In this document: one piece after another, positions 57,722 to 64,000 of the stretch
Position numbering within the stretch: the first letter of the stretch is position 1
Layout of the letters: each line of letters opens with the position of its first letter
Virus record (IMG/VR): IMGVR_UViG_3300009155_000061
Reading direction: 5' to 3' (one strand)
Source of the DNA: an uncultured virus (IMG/VR IMGVR_UViG_3300009155_000061)
Lineage: Duplodnaviria; Heunggongvirae; Uroviricota; Caudoviricetes
Length of the DNA: 64,000 nucleotides
The notes under the pieces: model-generated
Told to the model about the DNA's origin: nothing
What the model saw: the letters and a program-made list of their open reading frames with translations, nothing else
Database searches by the model: none
Made by a program: the position numbers and the translations under genes

Positions 57722-60700
57722 TGGCTTCGCTAAATTATACTTACGTATATTTTAACATAAGAGACTTTACTAGCAAAGAAACTCTTTCTGCGTTTACTTT
57801 ACCTCAAACAACTCTTACTTTTGTACCTGATTTTACATCTTCTACAGTATTAACTGCAGCTGACGCTGTTTCTAATAAGCTATTAAGATGGGACTTCGGT
57901 GATGGTAGTTTTTCTAATAGTCTTACTGCAAGACATTATTATAAATTTCCCGGCGAATATAAAGTACGATTGACGATATTCGATAGGTTTGGTAATGCTT
58001 ATGATAGTTCTTATAGACCTACAATTCAAGTTAACGATTTTATAAGAGATCAAACATTGTTTAGAGATTTTGATAGATTTATCTATGATGTACCCGCTAG
58101 TAAGATTATTGAGCCCATAGAATTAAGAAGACAGAATAGCTGGCAGTCTTATAATGCATTAAGTAGTACTGGGTATACTATATTTCTCTATGCTTCCGGC
58201 GCATTAAGCCAGTATCAAAACCAAGATAATTTTTATAATGATAAATGGTCACACCTACGAGCATTAAGCAGGTTTTATATTAAACAACCAGTAGGCACTT
58301 CATTCGAATATAAATTAGTTGATCGAATTACAGATAAAGGTACAGAAATTTATGCAAGAATCGTGGGAGAAGATTTTAGAATATGTTCAAAAAATGATTC
58401 AGGTAGCTTTTTCGTAGGTACTACTGGATCTTATACGTTTTACTATGTAGATGATACAACAAAGAACTATACATCTCGTGAACCACCAATATTTGTTTTT
58501 GCTACTTTAGATGCAGCTAAATTTAACGATAGATATACTGAAAACAATGATAGCTATAAAGATATAAATTATATGCCTTATAGTTTTCAGAACCTTAAGC
58601 CTGCAGTAATGCCTATTATTAAAGTACGTCATAACCCTGCAGAATATATCTCTATATCTACCACAGGTATTGTTGGCGAAGGAGCACTATCTTCAACGAA
58701 ATTCGATATACCTGTTTTATCTTGGCAAAACACAGAAGTTCCTTTTGTTATTAGATTAAAAGATGAAGATAATTTTACAACAAAAACATATCCCCCTTTA
58801 TCCTCTTCAACTGTTAATACTGCATTATCTTCTTTAACCTCTTTTAATGTTGAGTTTGGAATGCTCAGAGATACAGGTACAGGTTTCGAACCGGTTACCG
58901 GTATATCTTATTACGAAGATTTCGATAAAGATGCTCCGCAGAGTATTGGTGCTTTTTATAAAGGATACTTTATAACACCTGAGCCTACATATAGCTGTAA
59001 ATTAACTGCAAGTGTAACTATTCAAGACCCTATTAACTATCCTAAAGATGCTTTTATAGGCTGGGCAGCTATACCCCAATACGATGTTATAGTAAGATTA
59101 TTTAGAGAGCAAATATATAGTTCATGCGCCGGCGGTGTAACTTTAACTATTTCTGCAGCAAAGAACTTTGTTTACGATTATAATAATAGAAACATTTATG
59201 CAATTCAGGTAGCTCCTTCTGGAGCTGGTGCAGGCAACGATTTTCAAGCATGGTTTGCCGATGCTACTAACGATTCATTAATTAAATTTACAGCACAAGG
59301 TGTGCTTCTGTCATCTTTTACGCTTTCATCATACCCTGTATTAAACGGTTCAACTATTTCGTATGTCAATCTTTTAAATAATGTTCTTAGTAGCTCTGCT
59401 CCTGCAAGCATTACACTCGACGGCGAAAGTAATTTATGGATGGCGTTAGCCGATGCTGTTTCTGCTATTAAAATTGACGGAAGATCAGGTTATATTCTAG
59501 CTAATGCATACCCAGATGTAACAAACATTACATACTTCTTAAGCGGTGATTATAATATACCCTTCTTAAGCGGTTTTGCCGGTGAAAATTTAGTTTACCC
59601 AGTCAGCATTGATTCTGATTATGATAATAATATCTGGGTCTCTTATACACATCCTGTATGTAGCTTCTTAACCAAATATGACACTTATGGTCAAATGCTA
59701 ACAGTAATACCCTTTAATCCCCAGCTTTCACTTGGAGAAATATGTATTGATAGAGATAAAAACGTCTGGGCAACCGCTATGAATTTAACACTCACTGGCG
59801 CGTCTTTATCGGGTAGAAACGATTATCTTTATAAATTTAATTATCGTGGAGATTTGACACCAGGATACCCTATATCAGGGTTTAGGCTTATTGGCAATAT
59901 TACTACCGATATGAGACAGAACTTATGGGTCGTACACGATAAAGACACTGTCACAAGAGTCGACGGCTTAAACGGAACTACTTCTGATTATGCTGCAGGC
60001 TCCGGTAACTTTACAAATTACATTTGTAGTATCGGTGGTATAGCAGCAGATACTAATGACTTTTTATGGATTATAAATAATTTTGATAACAAATTATATT
60101 TTATTGACACATTAGCTCCAAAAGTAAGTTCTGTTAATTATCTCAACAACGTTGATCTCTTTTTACCAGGTCAGAGCCCTACTAATGACCTTTCATCATT
60201 TCAAGAAAGATCATACCTTGCGTACGGGGATTGGCTTGGCGCAAGATGGATTAATAAACGAATGATACCAACAACCACTACTAGAACTATTACAGGTGAA
60301 TCAAATATTTTTAATGTATATCCTGTTTCTGGTCAATTTGGTTTAGCTAAGATAAACGAAGATTTTAATGCTGAAGGATTTTATAAATCGCTAGTCTTTA
60401 CAGAAAGTCTTGAAGATAAAAATATATTCTTTGATAATTTTCTAGGTACAATAGTGGGCGGGTTAAGCGCACAACCTTATGAATTAGGAAAAACTGTTTA
60501 CGAAAAAATAGCCAATTACGTAAGTAACAGAACAGATATTGATAAATGTAATTTAGACGCACTATTATCGTTCTGTAAAGAACTATCAATACAGTTTGAA
60601 CAATACAATTATCCTTTCCCGCCTCAATTAACAAGATTAGTAAACATTCTTTCTATAAAGCATAAAAATCTTTGGGGTGAATTAAATAGATTTGCTCTTA

Positions 60701-61176
60701 ACTTCAGACAACGCGGTACTCAGTTTAATCCCGATTACGGTACAAACCGCGGTGAAGAGCTTTCAACTATTACCTCCAGTATTACATCGGGTATTCCTAT
60801 TATAGCATATGAAACCTTTTCTAACAATTATTTCTTAGTTAATATTAATAAGATACCAAACACTACTTTAGGTACTATTTTGCCGCTCTCCACTTATACA
60901 TATGATTGGGGCTGGAGCCTTGTAGCACCTCGTGCATTAACCGGTGATAGAATATCTGATTTTTATAAGTTTTATACCTATGTTGAGAAGTACGAAAACT
61001 CACATTACGACAGTATAATCAATTGGAATGACCCTCATACAACAATAAACTACTATAATAGCTCGTTTGATTCATGGAAAGGCACTAATGGGATAATGGA
61101 TAGTCTTATTAGCTATGAACTAACAAAAGGCTTAAGATTGTTTCTAAGCGCTGGTGACATAGTATATAATAATTAA
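57721..61176 (+). CDS. large baseplate protein with PKD domain and beta-propeller repeats (gp7-like position)
   Basis: WDFGDG PKD motif; repeated D...N(L/I/V)W blades; TAATG coupling to gp6. Confidence 0.7.
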   Translation: MASLNYTYVYFNIRDFTSKETLSAFTLPQTTLTFVPDFTSSTVLTAADAVSNKLLRWDFGDGSFSNSLTARHYYKFPGEYKVRLTIFDRFGNAYDSSYRPTIQVNDFIRDQTLFRDFDRFIYDVPASKIIEPIELRRQNSWQSYNALSSTGYTIFLYASGALSQYQNQDNFYNDKWSHLRALSRFYIKQPVGTSFEYKLVDRITDKGTEIYARIVGEDFRICSKNDSGSFFVGTTGSYTFYYVDDTTKNYTSREPPIFVFATLDAAKFNDRYTENNDSYKDINYMPYSFQNLKPAVMPIIKVRHNPAEYISISTTGIVGEGALSSTKFDIPVLSWQNTEVPFVIRLKDEDNFTTKTYPPLSSSTVNTALSSLTSFNVEFGMLRDTGTGFEPVTGISYYEDFDKDAPQSIGAFYKGYFITPEPTYSCKLTASVTIQDPINYPKDAFIGWAAIPQYDVIVRLFREQIYSSCAGGVTLTISAAKNFVYDYNNRNIYAIQVAPSGAGAGNDFQAWFADATNDSLIKFTAQGVLLSSFTLSSYPVLNGSTISYVNLLNNVLSSSAPASITLDGESNLWMALADAVSAIKIDGRSGYILANAYPDVTNITYFLSGDYNIPFLSGFAGENLVYPVSIDSDYDNNIWVSYTHPVCSFLTKYDTYGQMLTVIPFNPQLSLGEICIDRDKNVWATAMNLTLTGASLSGRNDYLYKFNYRGDLTPGYPISGFRLIGNITTDMRQNLWVVHDKDTVTRVDGLNGTTSDYAAGSGNFTNYICSIGGIAADTNDFLWIINNFDNKLYFIDTLAPKVSSVNYLNNVDLFLPGQSPTNDLSSFQERSYLAYGDWLGARWINKRMIPTTTTRTITGESNIFNVYPVSGQFGLAKINEDFNAEGFYKSLVFTESLEDKNIFFDNFLGTIVGGLSAQPYELGKTVYEKIANYVSNRTDIDKCNLDALLSFCKELSIQFEQYNYPFPPQLTRLVNILSIKHKNLWGELNRFALNFRQRGTQFNPDYGTNRGEELSTITSSITSGIPIIAYETFSNNYFLVNINKIPNTTLGTILPLSTYTYDWGWSLVAPRALTGDRISDFYKFYTYVEKYENSHYDSIINWNDPHTTINYYNSSFDSWKGTNGIMDSLISYELTKGLRLFLSAGDIVYNN

Positions 61177-61184
61177 ATAATTAA

Positions 61185-64000
61185 ATGCTAAACTCGAGTA
61201 GATTTATTGACGAGCGATTATCTACATCGATTACATCGTTTAACTTAGTAGAAAATCCAATAGATAAGAATAGTCCGCTATCTTTCCAAGCTTGGCTAGA
61301 ATATAATCGTAATCTGTATTCGAATGCTGACGACTTTCTTGATAGATATCAATCATATCTTAATAATTGGTATGAAGTTAAGAATTTTAATAAAGAATTA
61401 CGCGAGATAACTACAAGATCTCTATATACAACTCTCATTAATGAAATTGTTTTAACATATACTTCTTCTGATGAAAAGCGTTGGCTTAAGAACATCGATT
61501 TTAGTAATAACCGCGACCTAGCAGTTGCTGTACCGTTTTTCGCTCAAAAGATTAAAGAAATATGCTTATATTATAGCACTCTACGCGACGATACGAAAAC
61601 AGCAGTAACAAGATACAATCTCAAGGGCTCTAATTTTGGTATTGAAAAATTAATTTATAATGAAATATCTAAATCATTAGAAACAGAAGATTTAACTGAT
61701 TTTATTCGTACAACGGGTATTTCTTTATCCACCGTTCGTAATAATATGGTGGTTGATGTAGAAGATCTATACGATACCTATACAAACTATCTAGATATAA
61801 GCTACAACCTACCTGCTTCTTCTTATGATGCATCTAGCGGTACAAGAAAAGATTACTTTAATTTAAATCAGTATGATATAAATTCAAATTTATTTTTAAA
61901 CTTTAATAGTGCTATTGTTCAAGCAATCACCTCTTATCCTTTCTTTTTAGTTGAGTTGGGTAATAATAATTTTAGTGTTAACCCTCCAGTTTCTCCTACT
62001 GATTTACAATATCTTAAAGATAGCGACTATATTAATACGGTTAATACGCAAACCACTGATAACTTAAATTTAAATTTACAAAAACTTGGTATAGAAAAAT
62101 ATATAGGTACAGACTTTTATTATGTTTCAACCGGTACAACAACAACAAACTACATCTCCGGTGTTCTCTTTACTGCAAATAACGAATTCGCTAACTATAT
62201 CAATAAGCGCTTTCCGAGTATAGCTGCAGTACCTAGTGAAGAGTATTTAAAAACTTCAAAAGATATCGGATTATTCTTTAAACCAGATAAAATTGGATTT
62301 TCTAATTTTAATAATTTTGGTCTTACAGTTACTATTGATAGGGCTTCTTTAAGTGCAAATACTGTTTATATTTTTCCTGATCCTTCGAAATTTGGTAACG
62401 TTTCAGGGCTAACAGAAGAAGAATTTACTTCGCCTTTAAATATAGTAGAAAATAATAACTTTAATAAAATAGATTTCTCTAATCAATATAGATTTGGTGA
62501 TTCTGATACCGATGCTTATTATCAGATTTTTAGAGCATATCAAAGCCGTGAGCAAACATTAGATACCTCTCTACAAGGTCACGCAAAATATACCGACCCA
62601 CAAGACTTTTTTAAAGGGGATGTTCGGTCATTATGGGCTAATTCAGATATTTTTCCATTAGTACCATCCAATGTATTTCCTATTGATTCGAGATTAGAAA
62701 AGCTTTATTCAATTAACAAGACATTAGTTCAATATAAAAACGATATTTACGGAAACGAATTTAGCTTGTATAAAGATGTACACCCACCAAAGATTGCAAC
62801 AAACGAGCGTATAACTGACGGCGTTAGTTTCTACCTATGCTTGACCATGGACGGTCATTTATTCTTCGATCCTATATCAGGATATTCATTTGATTATACA
62901 ACTATTAATAAGGATAGAGGCTATACTGGTATTACACTTAAAACAACAACTAATATACCCCCAGGTACAGGTTTTTATACACAAGGCTCATCATTTCTTT
63001 CTCCTAATCCCCTCTCTGCACAATTTTATAACGACGGTATACCGCTTTTTGCATTAACTGGCGCAGTCTTACCGATTGTTTCTTATAGAATGCAGCCTGA
63101 ATCATTTTGCCCTACAAGATTAGCAGTAAATTTCTTTTGCGAGGTAAAAGACGGTGTTAACTTTACTACTAAACAACATATACCTTTACCCGACTCATCA
63201 TCTGATCAGCCTACATATAACCCTGGCGCAGATCAATTATATTACGTAGAGTTAATTGACGCAGGTGTTAATTCTGCAGGACCGGATTTCAGAGCTAACT
63301 TTGTTTACCCGGGTATGTTTACATTTACACCTCCATATTCTGCAGTGACAAGATACGATGGTAATTTATTCCTTGTAAACAGCGCCGCTCCATGCGGAAG
63401 TGATCTCGACTTTGTAATTAGTTATAACGAACAAAATAATTATTTAAACTATAATATACCTCAGAGAGATACAAAAGTTATTGAAGGTGTATCGGGGCTA
63501 GAATTTAAGAGATCTATTTATCAAACTAAATATCTTGACTATGGCGATCTATACTATAGAAATTCGAATTCATCTCTAATTATACCTGCTTCTGCCGCAT
63601 TAAGCGGAATGCTTATCAAATATAATACTAATATAAGAACAGAACTCGAGAATCAGCTTATTGGTTTTGATTTATACTACGATTCCTTGCAGTTCGAGAC
63701 AGAAAATTATTTAGTATTTGATAAAATTAAATTTGATTACGAAACAAATACCATCTACAACCTTTCTAACGGTGATTCATGGTTCGAAAGAGGTTCTAAT
63801 AAATTATTAGAAAAAATTTCTACTGTTTGGTTTAATGAAAGTGAAAACGTCGTTTTTTTCTGTAAGACAGTATTATTCAACGAACTCAGTGCAACGAACT
63901 TTAAAATTATATACCCCGAAATTTATGTATTAGATATTAATTCTCTCGATTATAGTAGAATATACCCTCCAATAACAAGAGAAGCCTTGACATTTAATGA
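61185..64000 (+). CDS. large structural protein; 3' end runs off the window
   Basis: Not in the track. ATG 5 nt after TAAATA 61174-61179, MLNSSRFIDERLSTSITS...; the same frame is open at the window end; interior only partly checked by eye. Confidence 0.75.
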   Translation, partial: MLNSSRFIDERLSTSITSFNLVENPIDKNSPLSFQAWLEYNRNLYSNADDFLDRYQSYLNNWYEVKNFNKELREITTRSLYTTLINEIVLTYTSSDEKRWLKNIDFSNNRDLAVAVPFFAQKIKEICLYYSTLRDDTKTAVTRYNLKGSNFGIEKLIYNEISKSLETEDLTDFIRTTGISLSTVRNNMVVDVEDLYDTYTNYLDISYNLPASSYDASSGTRKDYFNLNQYDINSNLFLNFNSAIVQAITSYPFFLVELGNNNFSVNPPVSPTDLQYLKDSDYINTVNTQTTDNLNLNLQKLGIEKYIGTDFYYVSTGTTTTNYISGVLFTANNEFANYINKRFPSIAAVPSEEYLKTSKDIGLFFKPDKIGFSNFNNFGLTVTIDRASLSANTVYIFPDPSKFGNVSGLTEEEFTSPLNIVENNNFNKIDFSNQYRFGDSDTDAYYQIFRAYQSREQTLDTSLQGHAKYTDPQDFFKGDVRSLWANSDIFPLVPSNVFPIDSRLEKLYSINKTLVQYKNDIYGNEFSLYKDVHPPKIATNERITDGVSFYLCLTMDGHLFFDPISGYSFDYTTINKDRGYTGITLKTTTNIPPGTGFYTQGSSFLSPNPLSAQFYNDGIPLFALTGAVLPIVSYRMQPESFCPTRLAVNFFCEVKDGVNFTTKQHIPLPDSSSDQPTYNPGADQLYYVELIDAGVNSAGPDFRANFVYPGMFTFTPPYSAVTRYDGNLFLVNSAAPCGSDLDFVISYNEQNNYLNYNIPQRDTKVIEGVSGLEFKRSIYQTKYLDYGDLYYRNSNSSLIIPASAALSGMLIKYNTNIRTELENQLIGFDLYYDSLQFETENYLVFDKIKFDYETNTIYNLSNGDSWFERGSNKLLEKISTVWFNESENVVFFCKTVLFNELSATNFKIIYPEIYVLDINSLDYSRIYPPITREALTFN

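Noticed and set aside
1..64000. Stop-codon reassignment as seen in some large phages
   Set aside because: Core genes are full length in code 11, and TAA, TAG (uvsW, gene at 17061) and TGA all serve as stops
1..64000. CRISPR array, tRNA genes or long direct repeats
   Set aside because: Intergenic gaps are nearly all short, and I saw no repeat-spacer or cloverleaf pattern; a covariance-model scan would be needed to exclude them fully

Overview
AT-rich 64 kb segment of a large T4-like myophage genome read in the standard code 11; host not identifiable from the window. It holds the T4-type core for replication and recombination (UvsY, UvsW, gp55, gp47, gp46, gp43, UvsX, gp41, gp32, probable gp45, gp61, gp44, dUTPase) and for morphogenesis (gp14, gp17, gp18, gp19, baseplate/hub genes, probable tape measure, gp16-like, gp25, gp6, large wedge proteins). 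Accessory content: (1) a dispersed 7-deazaguanine pathway (FolE, QueD, QueE, QueC) plus a stand-alone class II glutamine amidotransferase that appears to start at a non-canonical ATT codon; (2) a two-enzyme NDP-rhamnose route and two glycosyltransferases inside the replication module; (3) a ribosomal protein bS21 homolog; (4) PhoH, a deaminase and a RimB-like protease; (5) about 15 mostly late-promoter genes whose N-termini resemble the T4 capsid-targeting sequence, including a coupled operon encoding a PD-(D/E)xK nuclease-like protein, a ligase-like KxDG nucleotidyltransferase and an HxGH nucleotidyltransferase. Both promoter classes (TTGnnn-N16-TATAAT and gp55-type TAAATA) sit only 5-9 nt before start codons, implying mostly leaderless mRNAs. 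All product calls come from motif recognition and gene order by eye; no database search was run.
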